The notes: generated from the sequence alone by a model not told the origin. Positions 46,871-60,349 are shown, numbered from the stretch's first letter. The stretch: 64,000 nt of DNA from Antechinus flavipes (GCF_016432865.1 NC_067398.1:661416001-661480000); one strand, 5' to 3'. Translations and numbers: made by a program.

Positions 46871-47582
46871 TCTTAAAGAGCATTTACAACTTAGCAATGA
46901 GTGAGCCACATCCTCCCCATGGTTGGCTGGCTACCTCCTTATTTCCTCAAGTCTCTTTAAAGTAGAATTTTTTTTATTTCTGATCTTCCTATCCTACCCC
47001 ATTAAGGAACAACTTTGCTTCTATCCCTGCTAACAACTCTCTACTTGTAAGGGATAAAATCTTCTAGGGCTCCCCGGGTCACTTCTATTCCAGACCCCTT
47101 GTGTAGTCTGGAATCCATCGGTAAGTTCTGTAATCTCTTTTGGAAAACTAGAATCTCAAGATTCAAGATTGGCAAAGACCTTAGCAGTCTCTTAGCAGTG
47201 GTACAGTGATGAGGAATGGCCCTGGAAAAAAGGCCCATTGGCTTCAAGTTCCCTTACACCTACCAGCAGGGTGACCATGTGACTACAGACAAGGCACTTA
47301 CACAGTCTTAACTTAGTTTTCTCATCTGTAAGATGGACATAACAACATAAACTACTGACATCTTGGCCACGTGAGAACTGTATTTTGTAAACCTTAAAAT
47401 GTCACGGAAACACAAATAAGCATCTTACAACATTCCTCACAAAAAGACATCAAGCCTCTGATTTAAGACCTCCAGGGCCACCCCCTGTGTTGACATCACC
47501 TTCCTCTGTTCCCTGTCCCTAGACTCTCAATGTCCTTCCCAAAATACGTACCTCCCCCCATCCTCTGTCTCCTTACACTTAC

Positions 47583-47764
47583 TCCATTTCCCTCTGGTCC
47601 TCCTCCTGCTCTCGCTGGCGCTTCTCCTCCTCCGACACACGATGCTGCTGTAACATTGCCTCAAAGTCCACATTGGCCTGGCGCTGGTTGAGTTCCTTTA
47701 GCTCCTGCAGGTTTTCCAGGACCTCCATCTCCAGCTTGGAGTCCTTGGTCCGGTTCTCCAGCAC
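47583..47764 (-). CDS. YJU2: YJU2 exon 5
   Basis: 182 nt; ccccag|GTG...GA|gtaag; [41 protein letters not shown]. Confidence 0.96.
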
Positions 47765-48642
47765 CTGGGGGAGGGAAGAGGCAGGGGAGAGGATGGGCAC
47801 AGAATGAGCCCAGCTGGGCTCCTGGTACTTTGCTCAAATGTCTCAGCCTCAGTTTTCTCATGCTCATACTTGCATCACTGGCCTCCCAGTGTTGTAATGG
47901 GGACAAATGCAGGATTGCAGTTTGGTTCTGGGGCTAGATCTTGTCTTCTCGACTGCCCAGGATCCAGAGCCCCTGGCATCACATCTCCACCTTGATGCTG
48001 GACTTAAAGTCAGGAGGGCCCTGGGTTCTAATCCCTCCTTTGATGCTTGATGGCCATGTCACCTCAGGCACTACACAAGGCTAAGCTTCAGTTTCCTCAT
48101 TTACAAAGCTGACAGAATTCCTGCTGTACTTTCAGATAATCTCTACGTAAAGCAAACTGTATAATTTAAAGTTTACCAATGCCAGTTGCTATCATCATCA
48201 TCATCATCACTCCCTCTCGCTATTTCCCAGCAACATAAGATGAAAATGGGAAGGGACTCTGGGACCCAGAATCCAGAATGTGAGAGAAAGAAAGAGCGGG
48301 CCTCAGAACATGCCCTGCAAGGGTCTTGATGCAGGTGGAGCCTGGTGCTCCTGCCTTCGGGCTCTGGCATTACCAGCTGCCACATGAAAGGACTGCCCAG
48401 GGCACTGCCACTTCAAGCACAGAACCCTGGAGAATGGCTGGCTCCAAGCCAGGAAAAAGAGAGACTTGGAGCCAAGCACTAGTGCTGACACTTATTAGCT
48501 TTCTATATGACTGTGAACAATTCACTTCTGCTCATCTCTAAAACCAGATTAATAATATCTATGCTATTTACCTCTGGTGTGAGGAAAGTGTTCTATAAAG
48601 TTCAAGATAAAAAGGCAATGTGAGGAACTGATATTATATTAC

Positions 48643-48777
48643 CTTCATAGGATTATTTAATTCTTCATCCTCTCTTTCCTTCTGTACCCTTTTTTCTTCC
48701 TCTTCTAGTAGTTTCTCAGCCTGGAAGTTCCGGGTAGCTCCATGCTCCATGGTATAATCTGTGTTCTCAGGGTCTGT
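48643..48777 (-). CDS. YJU2: YJU2 exon 4
   Basis: 135 nt; ctccag|ACA...AAG|gtaat; [45 protein letters not shown]. Confidence 0.96.
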
Positions 48778-50149
48778 CTGGAGGTAAAGACATCAGTTTT
48801 ATATGAATCCAGGCTTTGGGTCAAAAGTGATCTGACTTAGAAGCTGCTATTTTATAGTTGTCAAATGAAAGAGAAGCCATAAAAAAACCCAATTGGTCGA
48901 ACCCAAACTTAGGTAGCCATCGGGAACCTCATCCAATGAGGCTGATGATCAGGAATAATTCCATTTCAGAATGAGTTAGGAGAGAAAAGGCCACAGATAA
49001 TGATGTAAACAGTTATTTCAGGCCATGCCTGACTGGATCTGATGTCACAGTTTCCTTATTTCTCATTTTATGAGACAGTAGAAAGAATAATGGACACAGA
49101 GCCAAAGGGCCTGGGCTTCAGGACTGGCTCTCATATTTCTTTGCTGGGAAACTCAAAAAGCTACAACTCCTCTCAGTTTCAGTTTTCTCATCTTGAAAAT
49201 GGGAATAAAATTTGCACATGCTGAGCTCACAGACTTGTAAAGGAAGCACTTTACAAACCGTAAAATAGCATATGAACATGAGTATGAATAATTTTATTAA
49301 TATCAATAAATTCTACGATGGTGGAAACTGTCTCATGCACCACTGCATTTCCCACAGCTTTTGGCCTTGGGATCTGGAAATACTAAGTATTGATCAGTTC
49401 ATTCTATGAGAAAAAAACACAGGCTAGGCAGTTTAAGTAAGTAGAAAACTTTTGTAAGGATGTTTTAAACCATCCAAGGGGTAGGGAAGGGATGTACACA
49501 AAGCTATTTGTCTGACCCATGGCCTTCTTGAGACATCTGACAGCCAAGGGAGTGTATTTAGTTGCCTCTCATCCTTTTTCTCAGAGGTAGTCTTGCCTTA
49601 CCAGCTTGAAAATTTACAAAAGATGCAGGAGATTGATTTAAGTAGCTTGTAGGGGGCCTATAAGGGTGGGTTAAGACTCATGATCTTGGAATATATTTTG
49701 AAAATGTTACAAAAAACAAAATAGTTCTATATTCAAAGATTTTTCTAGTAGCATTGTATGTGGTTTTTTAAAAAGTGGAAGCAACCTATTCAACAATATA
49801 GCAAAACCTCCACTTTCATGAAGGAAGTACTACCTTTCATTTCTCCTCTGGCTTCAGACTTGGGACTTTGCTACCATGACACCTCTACATAGCTTTTCCC
49901 TGCCTGCACTCCATCTTTTTCAGCTCCCTTTTATGTGCTGTCTTCCCTCTCCTTGAGGGCAGGAAATGTCTTTCTTTTTTTACTTAGGTTTTTATTCCCA
50001 AAGCTAAATATAGTGCCTGATAAGTAGTAAGCATTTAAAAGCTGCCTGTTAACTTGAGTAGACTAGATAATTAAGTGTGGTACAATAGAATGCTAGAATT
50101 CAAGAAACACACAATCAATAGGGGTATAAAGAAATCTGGAAAGTCAGTC

Positions 50150-50760
50150 AAGAAACATTCACTCAGTCAACCAATAAGCATTTATTGATGGTCTACTCTG
50201 CATAAAGCACTAAGTAATTACTACACTTAGGGCTGAGTACTGGTGAGACAAAGAAAAGCAAAACAAGAGTGTCTGCCTTCAAGGTACATATATTTTAATA
50301 CAAAAAACAACATGACTATAACTAACTATCTTCTATAATGGAGTAGATAGAAGATAGTTTCAGAAGGAAAGGTACTAGTAGTTGGGGGTGGAGATGGAAG
50401 GAAGGAGGGTTAAGGAATGCCTTCTGCAGAAGGTGGGAGTCTTGGAGGAAGCCAGAGAAACCAAGAGTAGGAGGTTAGGGACATAGCATTCCAGGTCTGG
50501 GGAAGAGTCACTACAAAGGCAAGAAAATGTAGATGAAGGACTGCCTTCAAGGAACTGCAAGGAGGTTAAGTAACAGGATTGTAGAGGATATGGAGGGGTA
50601 AAATATAAGACTGGGAGGGTGGGAAGGGGCAGGATATAAGGGTTTTAAATGACCAAAGAGCTTATATTTGATTCTCTAGGTAATAAGGAACCACTAGAGT
50701 GAACTGGGAGGAGAGGAAGGAAAGAGGGTTATATGATCAACCTACACACGTCAGTGTCTA
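50150..50760 (-). mobile_element. L2 3' fragment
   Basis: Reverse L2 tail (caataagcatttattga...gcactaag) plus purine-rich body. Confidence 0.5.
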
Positions 50761-51786
50761 TTTTATCCTCAGTTCCTAATGTAGACACTGACATCAGTTA
50801 TTGCAGGATGCTAGAATTTTAGAATGTTCATGGAATCCTTTTGAAGTTTACATCTTCCAGATGAGGAGAGAGGAAACAGAGGTTCTCCTCTGTCTATCAT
50901 TCTTCAAAATGATTTCCTTTAAGGGATTTGGCTGGAGCAGGACAGGGACTAAAAACTGAGTTCTAAACTGGCTTGCTCTTCTATGCAAAATTCACAGATA
51001 TAACTGAGTTTCTTTAGCCAAAACCAACATACTACCTGTATAGCATCACTTCATTTGATCAATATAATGGCTTAATGTATTCTATTCTTTCTGAAACTTG
51101 GTTGCCTAGGTTGTTCTTATTTAGTTCAATGTTCTTGAATGACTGATTAGTAAAGGTGTTCTCATTTGAAAGAAGTATCAGAATTAAGAATATTTTAAGG
51201 GTATAAGAGGATCAATCATTTCAAACAAGCCCTAGACCACTATATCCTCCACTTCAAGTTTAATATTTTCTGTCTTCAACAAACCTACTGAGCTATATTT
51301 GATGAAATCCAGAATCTAAAATCTCGTGATTTAAGGAAGGTATGCATTATCCTTTTTGAATGCTTTTCCCAGTGAATATACTTAGAAAAGCGTATGTGGT
51401 ATAATTCATAATTAAATTTGGTGGTTAGCATCCTTTCAAACTTCCAAGTACATGGTGATACATTTTAACAAACAAATATAATTTTTTACAAAGTTCTAAT
51501 ACCCTTCTTAGAAAGGCCTTTCTGAAATAAATAGAATGAAAGTAGAGCAGAACCAGAAGAATTAGGTATAAATCAACTACTCCCATACAAGAAGGAAAAT
51601 GATTGAGAATAAATGTCGAAAAATTCTGACATAGAATGAATGACTGAAAAAAGTGATACGTTATTTTATGCATTGAAATTATTCAATTTATTGTAAATAG
51701 TCACTAAAGTTTAGTTGTTTGTATTGTTCTATGTTACATTTTTAATAACATATTTGTGTGTATATAAAAGATTTTTAATAACTTAC

Positions 51787-51931
51787 TTTGAAGGTAATTT
51801 CAGCGAGACATCGGGTACACTTGATATAGAAACGAAAAATTGGGAGTCCCAGATATAGCTCATTCTGCACTGTCTCCTTCCGGGCATTAAATTTCTTGCC
51901 TTTATAAATATATTCACCACATGTCTTACAT
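51787..51931 (-). CDS. YJU2: YJU2 exon 3
   Basis: 145 nt; tttcag|A...AAA|gtaag; [48 protein letters not shown]. Confidence 0.97.
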
Positions 51932-52286
51932 CTGAAAAAAGAAAAAGAAAAAATAGGAATCACTCCCTAAGTCAGTTATGAAATACCTCTACCTGATAGG
52001 AAAGAAAACTGTTTTCCCTATCTCCTTTCCTACAAATTGGTCCAGACTAATTCCATGCTAGAAGAAAGCATTTCTATTGAAATACAATTATCAAAATATT
52101 TTTTAAAAGAAATTCATAGACCCCAGATAATGAAGTTCTGTTTTTGAGGATTTCTGGGGGCCAATATGTCTATGATTTCCCCATATTAACCTTTTCTGGC
52201 CTTTAAAGCCAGAGGTGGCTAGATGGAATTCCTTAGCTATTAGCACTTTTCTATATGGCAGGGAAGGGATTCCACTGTATTCTCAC

Positions 52287-52387
52287 CTCATGTTGAATGG
52301 GGCCATCAGTCTCACCACATATTGCCGATCTTTGGGTAGCTTGAGCTTAGGGATTTTTGATGGATCAAAATCTGGTGGATAGTATTT
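52287..52387 (-). CDS. YJU2: YJU2 exon 2
   Basis: 101 nt; ttcacag|AAA...AG|gtgag; [33 protein letters not shown]. Confidence 0.97.
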
Positions 52388-53299
52388 CTGTGAACAAGAT
52401 AAAGAGAGGTAATGATCCAGAGAAGGTTAGCTTTGACTCCCATTCTCAAACAGAGGAATACAGCAGGAAAAAAGCAAGAAAAAAGAGAAGATATATACGT
52501 TGTATTATTAGAGGAAAATCTCAAAGAGGGGGTATTTATATAGTGAAGAGGATCATAAAGACCAGCCAAGAAGGAACTATATCAGGAGGACTGGAAGGCA
52601 CACTAGTTTGGGGATAAAATATAAAGAAAGAAAGAGAAGATTGGGGGGGGGGGGGGGGGGGAGGAACAGGAAGATGGGGAGAAAAGGTTAAAAGGGAGAA
52701 AAACCAAAAGATGATGGGATCGAAGGCTTAGAGATGGAAAAAGCCTTAAAGGCCATCTAGCCAAACCTCTCATTGTATAGATAGGAATGAAAACTAAAGG
52801 AAGTACATTGGAAAGCTCAGTCAACAGAGAGAGAAGAACTTTGTGGGAAGAAACCTTAAGAAAGCTGTTGCTCATAAGCACCCCAGCAACTTCTTGGGGA
52901 GGGGTGAAAGAGAGCAAGGAATGCCCCCCACCCTGGAAAAACTTGAGAACCCCCTGGCACTATGAAAGGATGCAGTCCAATCCAAGAAACCTTGCCGTGG
53001 AAAACGTGGGCTTTTAGTGCTGGGATGAGTGATGACGTCTCCTCGGAGGCTGTGACCGCGGGTGGGATCACACCTGAGCCCCGCTGGGTCTCCCCTTGGG
53101 CAAGGAGACCCCAGTCGAGAAGGAAGCCATCAAGCTCTCCCTCCTAAATCCCACCTCAACCCCGTAATTCCGGCCCTTTCCTTTGCAAATTACTTCCCAC
53201 TTATGCAGTATTTACTTAATATCCTCTATTAGTTTGTCCCCCTCCGGGCCTTGGATCTTTAGGTGCTTTAGGCAGAAGCCGTTTTTTGGTAATCACGGC

Positions 53300-54180
53300 G
53301 CTCAGCAAGCACACAGTAGGCGCCTAATCAATGCTTGCTGAAGGAATGAATGAGCACCCAGAGCTGACAGGCCCCCGGCGGCACCGCGCATCCCCCAGGC
53401 GGTGTCCCCGTGCGTCGGGCTACACTTTCCCAAGAGAGATGCTGTCCCCGAAGGCAGGACTTTCTCCACCTCCCGGCCCCCCGCCCCATCCCCAGCGAGA
53501 TGCCTGGGGTTCCCCGCGCCCCACGAGGGCTGGGAACTTGGGGAGCCCCACTCTGGGGAGGAGCCACGCAATGCTTGGCCTAGGGAGGAGGGCGGTCAGA
53601 GCACCCGGGGTCTTGGGGCTCCTGCTGCCGCACGTTACTCACATTCAAGACTTTTCTCTCAGACATCTTGGCGCCGCTTCACGGAGCCCACTCCACAGTC
53701 ACCAATTCGCCAACTGTTCCGAGAACTGGCCGCCTCACAGCGGCTCTCCCAACCCGCACAGTCCACTTCCGGGAAACACGAACCCGACCCACCTCACTTA
53801 TTGGTCGAGGGCGCTGTGGCCCGCCCCTTCCCTGTGACGTATGCCCCGTTCTTTCTCCCTCCCCCTCACGTCCTTTACATAGGGTTCTTTTCCTTATGGG
53901 GTCCGATGGCGCCTCGGCCTCGCCGCTGCGAAGGTTCCGCAGACACAGGAACGATCCCTCCCCAGGGAAAAACCTTTTAAAACCCGGGACCAGAGAAGGA
54001 AGTCCGGAGCCTCCGCCCTGCCCCGCGCCCTTCACCAGCGCTTTCGTGCCTATTTTATGCGCATGCGTGTGTGCATCCCGCCATTTATTGATTTAATTTT
54101 CTTCCGGCTGGGCCCCCGAAGCCCTCTCTGAGCAATTTAAGGGGCCAGAAGTTAGGAGATCTGGGTTCCAGTGAAACGCG
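53300..54180. promoter_or_regulatory. YJU2 CpG-island housekeeping promoter
   Basis: CpG island; CCGGAAGTG (ETS/GABP) 53764-53772, CCAAT 53800-53804, TGACGTA (CRE-like) 53835-53841, TGCGCATGCG (NRF1) 54058-54067. Confidence 0.8.
53643..53666 (-). CDS. YJU2: YJU2 exon 1 coding part
   Basis: gccaagATGTCTGAGAGAAAAGTCTTGAAT|gtgag; MSERKVLN. Confidence 0.95.
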
Positions 54181-54559
54181 CTCTCACTGTGTGATTGAAC
54201 TTGGGGAAGTTCATTTCCCCTCCCTGGGTCTCAGTTTTCCCGTCAATAAAATGGGTGGAATTAATCGAAGATCCTTTCCTATGCTGACATTCCATGTTCT
54301 ATGATGCTTCTCCTGTTCTTTTCCTCCCTTCCTCCCTTTCCTCCTTTTCCTCCTGACCCCTTGCAAGCAAAATGTGAACCTGAAGCCCAATTTGTCAAGG
54401 ATCCATAGGGCTAAAGGCGTAATCCTGGGGAGGATTCAATCAACCAGCCCTATTAAGGCTCACTGCTTGGTTCAGGGGATGCAACGCAAGGAGAAACTTA
54501 AGAACCTCCTGTCTGCAAGGAGCTCACAGCCTAACGGGGGAGGCAATACGCAAACATTA

Positions 54560-57210
54560 TGTATTTACAAGGCGCGAACAGTATAAATAGAGGTTATCTG
54601 GAGGAGGGCAGAAGCCGGTGAGCTGAGTCCCAGAGAAAGCCAGGAGGCGCAGCGAGGACACCGTACGGTGTCAGACGGAGGGATGCTGCGGGCTGAAGAA
54701 GGGCTCCCCAAACCAGAGGCTTTCTACTTGATTCTGCAGTTCCTAGGGAGACCGCTTTACTGAGTAGGGGGATGATGGGCAAACCTGTGCCTTGGGAAGA
54801 TCCACTTGATGACTGAGTAGATGATGATCTGGAATGAAAGGAAATTTGAAGCAGGGAGACCAAATTTTTATTTTTTATTATAATAACTTTTTTATTGACA
54901 GAACGCATGCCAGGGTAATTTTTTACAGCATTGTCCCTTGCATTCACTTCTGTTCTGATTTTTCCCCTCCCTCCCTCCACCCCCTCCCCCAGATGGCAAG
55001 CAGTCCTTTACATGTTAAATAGGTTACAGTATATCCTGGATGCAATATGTGTGTGCAGAACCGAACAGTTCTCTTGTTGCACAGGGAAAATTGGATTCAG
55101 AAGGTAGAAATAACCCGGGAAGAAAAACAAAAATGTAAAGGGAGACCAAATATCGTAAGGCTATTGTAACAGTCCAGCTGTGGGCTGATGAGGGCCAGGA
55201 CCAGTGTTAGAGGAGAAAGGGAAATGTATAAAGAGATGTGATGAAAATAGAAGCTGCAGGACCTGGAAAGTGGTTGGATTTGGGGGTGAGGTAGAGGGAA
55301 GAGTTGAGGATAATACCTATTTTTTAAACTTAAGTGAGTGGGAGAGTAGCGATGCTTTTATTGAATAAGTTAGGAAAAGGGAAGGATTGGGGAGAAAAAA
55401 TGACGAACTCTCCCTTCATACTGATTCTAAGATGTCTATGGTGCCTTCAGTTGGATGAGGTTCAGTGGGAGCTGGAGATTTTAGACGAGTCAGGAGAGAG
55501 GTTAGGGTTCAATAAAGAGAGTTGATGATGAATAGAAGCTGGTCTATAGAAGGTTTAGAAGAGAGGAGGAAATGGAGGGGCCAATTATAGAGGGGTTTCT
55601 CACAACATTTAGACAAGAAGTGGAGAAGAGATATAGAAACCAGAGGAAGAGAGATATGGGACCTCAGCCCTATGAGTAAGAATGATAGAGGGGCAGTCTG
55701 CTGGAGAGATGAGATGGAACGGGATCAAGGATACATATAGAAGAATCTGCCTTAGCAGGAGAAAGAGCCACATCTTCAGATAAGACAAGGGTAAAGGAAG
55801 AATTAGTGAGGGAGAGACTTTTGATTGATGTCAGATAAGGAGGAAAGGAGAGAGAGAACTCTGCAAATGACTTCATTTTTATCCATGAAGTCCTTAGTTC
55901 ATAGTGGGTGAAGAAAGGAATATCATAGGAGGCTTAAAAGGGATAAAAAAGATTTAGAATGGCTACTGTGGTAAGTAAGAGAGTGCACCAATTGGGGAAA
56001 GGATTGATTCACTGCAGTGAGGTCTCAGTTAAGATTATGTAACACAGATTTGGAGTGGACTCAGTCAACATAATTTTGAGATTTTTTCCTCCCAGCACTT
56101 GAATAGGAATGGAGGCAGCAGATGGTGGGAATAATACAAAGCTGGAGTTTAGCAAAGTCATGATTGGCAGTAGGTAAAGGGACATGGAACTGAAGAGAAG
56201 CTGACAATATAGAGATGATGTGGTTGACCAGAGACCCAATACAGGGAAGGAAGCAGTGTAGCTAGTACAGAGTGACGTCTTGATGGTGGTGAGAACAAAA
56301 CTGAAGGGTATAAGGAATGGAAAGCAGTAAGAATGGAGATCAGGGTTAAAGTCATAAGGCAGAGGGAAAGAGAGATGGCAAAAGATTATAATCAATTAAA
56401 GGAATTTCAGAATTTTTTACCTGGAAATGTATATGTGAGTATCTCTATGTGTAGCTGATGTGTCATGGAGGAGGTCATGACAAATGAGTAGGCTGGGGGA
56501 TAGGGAAGTTTGAGTGTTTGAGAGAGTATCGAATTATCAAGGGGAATATATTGAAATCTCCTTCATTGTAGGACTTGGGGTAGAAAGAAAATTAGGACTC
56601 AGCCACTGAATTCATTGAGGAAGGAAAAAGTATCCTGGAGGTTGGCAGATAACAAATACTAGAATCTTGTTTGGGTGATAAATTTGGATTGAAGGAATCT
56701 AAAAGGAGGAGATATTTTGGAGAATTGATGTTAGAGAAAGAATGACAATGGAGAACAAAGAATATCCTCACCACTCCCGCCCCCCCCCCAAACTACACCC
56801 AGTGAATCAGAGAGTTTGTGTGCAAATGGAAAGGTGGACTAGGGTTGCCATGTCATCAGGAAAGAACAAGGTCTCCATGAGAGCCAGAAGAAGAAGGGAA
56901 TGAGACATGAAAAGGTTTAAGATGGCAGCAAATTTGTTGACTATAGAACAGGGATTTCAGAGAACACAGTAGAAGAGGAACATATAATATCATAAGACAT
57001 TTGGGAGATAGAGTTGAGGAGGATGGGAATAAAGGAACAGGTTGTGAGTTTTTTTTGGTACAATGACAGCAGGGGTGGTTTTCAAAATCACTGATTCTGA
57101 TAAGGAGACAATTGTGAGTTAAGAATAAATATTATTAAGGAATAAATCCATGCAGAGTATCAATGGCTAGAGAGAGGTCCTTTGAGGAATGCAGGAGTTA
57201 CAGCGTTGAA
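54560..57210 (-). mobile_element. Long decayed L2 element between EBI3 and YJU2
   Basis: About 2.6 kb purine-rich reverse L2 pattern, interrupted by an L1 fragment. Confidence 0.55.
54866..55138 (-). mobile_element. Young L1 3' end with 13-bp TSD
   Basis: TSD agggagaccaaat at 54853-54865 and 55139-55151; shares ccctccctccctccacccc...agatggcaagcagtcc with 5341-5467. Confidence 0.88.
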
Positions 57211-57527
57211 GGCTTTTGCAAGAGGTCCAATCTTCAGAAGAGTGTGTCCTGTATAGCCCAAAGAGCCCAGCCCCCAAGATGCAAAGGCACAGCCTATGGG
57301 ACATGAAAAGGAGACAGGAGCTGGCAATTCTGGGGGTGGGTCTGATCCAACAAGTGTCTGCAGAGCATCGGAGAAGTCCTGGGAGGAACGATAGAAGCCA
57401 CAGGGGATGGCCTAGATTCAGAGATGACAGGATTCTGCAAGTAGGCTTGGGACTGGTTTGTCAGGTCTAAGTATCTGGGGCATTGCCCCATCGCAGAAGC
57501 TGAGTTTGGGGTTGCTGCAAATTCAGG

Positions 57528-57677
57528 CTACTTGCTGCCATGGGTGGTAGCCACTACAGTGCTCCAGGCACTTAGCTCCCCATAGTCCATAAAGTCACCA
57601 GCTGCAACCTGCACTTGGTATTGGGTCCTGGGGCGCAAGCCTTGCAGGATGAAGAATGTTTCCTCAGTTGGCCCCAC
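57528..57677 (-). CDS. EBI3: EBI3 exon 5
   Basis: 150 nt; ctctcag|GTG...TAG; VGPTEETFFILQGLRPRTQYQVQVAAGDFMDYGELSAWSTVVATTHGSK*. Confidence 0.94.
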   Translation of the reverse strand: MGPTEETFFILQGLRPRTQYQVQVAAGDFMDYGELSAWSTVVATTHGSK

Positions 57678-58067
57678 CTGAGAGCAAAGTGTGGGTAGTC
57701 AGTGCCTAGGGAGGGACCTCATCTGAAGAAAAGGGAGGGATAGAGAGGTTTCCTTAACATGGAGGGAAGCTGTAGTCTTGGTGGGCAGAGCCTGGAACTA
57801 GGAATTGGGACAACTGGATTCTGGCATCCATTGCCCCACTGTGAGTTTGAATAAAATATCTTCATATCCTTGCATTTTAAAGCCTCCACCAGTAAGATGA
57901 AAGAATAGGGCCAGATTGTCTCTAAAACCCTTTGCACCCCGAAGTATATGTTTTAACATTTGAAACCCTTGCAGCATCCAGAATTCTGAAGCTCTGCTTC
58001 TTTCTAACCACCCTTCTGAGATTCTGGGCTTCAAAAGCCCCCTGTTCTGTCCCAGTCAAGGCCTCAC

Positions 58068-58225
58068 CTGCTGGAATCTCTTGGCCCCCTGTCGCTGGTA
58101 ACGGATCAGGTACTTGAGTGGAAAATACCTGGGGAAAGGCCAGGAATGGGGGGGCTCCCACTGCACCCGGAGTTGCTTGCCAGGGATAGGACTCACACTC
58201 ATAGATTCCGGGGGGTCAGGTTTAA
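58068..58225 (-). CDS. EBI3: EBI3 exon 4
   Basis: 158 nt; ctggcag|TT...CAG|gtgag; IKPDPPESMSVSPIPGKQLRVQWEPPHSWPFPRYFPLKYLIRYQRQGAKRFQQ. Confidence 0.95.
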
Positions 58226-58444
58226 CTGCCAGATATAAACTCATTGGTTATGGAGTGAAAGGGTCCTAAGACAACATTATTTCTCATAGCTATCCAGAAT
58301 CCCACTTTAAAGATCCTCCCCACCAAGTTTATGTCTTTGCCCCCAAATCAAGCACTGAATATGTGATATTCTATTAAGCACCCGTTCCCTATACTCAGCT
58401 CTGACTTCCTAATATGTTATTTGGCATTCCCAGGTGGGACTCAC

Positions 58445-58623
58445 TTATATGCTCTGCGATGAAGGGAACCAATTTACTTCTGGTTCCTTGCTGAGTGATC
58501 ACTGTGATATTGAGTATGTAGGGGATCATGGAGAACATCTGGATGTCGGGGATGACACAGCTCCGGGCCTCACGGGAAGGCTGGAGGCAGGGATGCGTCT
58601 CTCCTTGGGTGATCATCCCGAAT
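58445..58623 (-). CDS. EBI3: EBI3 exon 3
   Basis: 179 nt; cacatcag|A...ATAA|gtgag; FGMITQGETHPCLQPSREARSCVIPDIQMFSMIPYILNITVITQQGTRSKLVPFIAEHI. Confidence 0.95.
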
Positions 58624-59134
58624 CTGATGTGAAAAGACAAGATTCTAAGCTCAGTAACCCCTTCACCTTGTTCCTGATTCAGGGACATCCTCTAGTTTGT
58701 ACTGGAAGGAAAGGACCACAAATTTATGTCATTTCCCACATCCCTCCCTCTATCCCAGTCTAGGTATCATAATTTTAAAATGGACTTGAGGTATATAGTG
58801 GAAAGGACCTGTATTGTGAATAAAGACATTGAGGTTTAAGTTCCAAACCTGCTTCTGTGTGATTCTGGGGCAAGTCACAAAACAGCAACAAAAATAATAG
58901 TAATAGCTAGCATTTATACTACTTACTATGGAACAGGCACTGTGCTAAGGGGTTTGTAAACTTTAGATTCTAGTAATATCTCCATTTTATATTTGAAGCA
59001 GACAGGCGTTAAAGAAATTTGTTGAAACCCACATTGTTTCTTAATCTAGTGTCTGGACTCCAGGCCTGGTGCTCTATTTACTGAACCACCGAGCTATCTT
59101 CTCCCTACTTCAATTTTATCTTCCTCTTCTGAAA

Positions 59135-59530
59135 CATGAAAGTTAGACCAAGAATCTTCAAGAACTCTTCTAGTTCACTTTCTGTGACTTTCAGTGCATC
59201 CTGAGGAAAGTGGTTAGGATAGTGGTTAGTCAGGAGATGTTTAGTCTGGAAAAAAGAAAAATTGGGGGGGAGGGGAAGAATGGGAAAAACATGACAGCTA
59301 TTTGTGAGTAACTGAAGGCCTGCATGTGAAAGAGAAGGCAGACTTGTTCTCCCCAGTTTCAAAGGATAGAACCAGGAACAACTGGTGAATTGGAAGTAGA
59401 TTTCAGTTTAATATAAGGAAGAAGTTCCAAATGATCAGAGGGATCAAGGGAATGAAATATACACATGAAAATGAGCTTTCTTTCACTAAAAGTGTTCTGT
59501 CAGGGGCTGGATAACTTCCTATAAGGAATA
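59135..59530 (+). mobile_element. L3/CR1 3' fragment in EBI3 intron 2
   Basis: gatgtttagtctggaaaaaagaa...gacagctattt...gcagacttgttct pattern. Confidence 0.55.
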
Positions 59531-59627
59531 TTTTTTGTGTGTTTGGGGGGAGGGAGAATTGGAATATGTCATTGTAGTCCCATCCAGTGACTAAACTTTC
59601 AAATGTCTAGAATTCTGTGACTCTGAC

Positions 59628-59763
59628 CTGTAAGTAGCAATAAATGAGGCTTGCAAATCCGACTCAGGAGTCATTTCTGTTGCTTTGCCGGTGGTCCAGG
59701 AGCAGTCTATGGCTTTGGGATACCTCACAGCCCAACACTGCACAGATAGGGAGTTTGGGGACT
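59628..59763 (-). CDS. EBI3: EBI3 exon 2
   Basis: 136 nt; ccttcag|AG...AG|gtcag; ESPNSLSVQCWAVRYPKAIDCSWTTG...SFIATYR. Confidence 0.93.
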
Positions 59764-60349
59764 CTGAAGGATGAAAGAAAAAGGCCCGGGGAGGATAGGG
59801 TCAGGAACCTTTGAAGTTCTTCATGCTATTACTCCCCTCCACTCACTCCTCCAGCCAAACTAGTAGCTCCCCCATGAGGATCAAACCCAGTGTTCTGTCC
59901 CTGTCCTCCATACCTTGGAATAGGCTGTTTCTCACATGGAGAATATGCTCCTTTCTCACATCCATTCCTTAAAATCCTGAGCATCTTTTAAGACTCAATT
60001 CATTTGGCACCTCCTACTTTCCTGATCTCTTAGTTATTTATAAATAGTCTCTCCCTCTTTGAATAATCATGGATATTTATTTAGGATATATCTCTATATT
60101 GTAGGAATTCTTAAATTTGTTTGTTTCATGTACCTCTTTTGGAGTCTGGTGAAGTTTATGGATTCTTTCTCAGAATAATGTTTTTAAAGGCATAAAATAA
60201 AATAGTAGGATTATAAAGGAAATGCAGTTATCAAAATGTTTTTAGAATAAATTCACAGATCCAACCAGGTCTATATAAATGTGAGATAGTTTATTTTTAT
60301 TATTATTATCTAATAGAATGTAATATTATATAGTAACATGTAAATTCTT

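Larger units (their letters stand above)
43767..53666 (-). other. YJU2: YJU2 (CCDC94) splicing factor gene, 8 exons, 981 nt / 326 aa
   Basis: [22 protein letters not shown]; zinc ligands CKTC...CTRC; all exons in frame. Confidence 0.97.

Noticed and set aside
53331-54096. Long overlapping ORFs (142-192 aa) at the YJU2 promoter
   Set aside because: Low-complexity Pro/Arg/Gly translations typical of stop-poor CpG islands.
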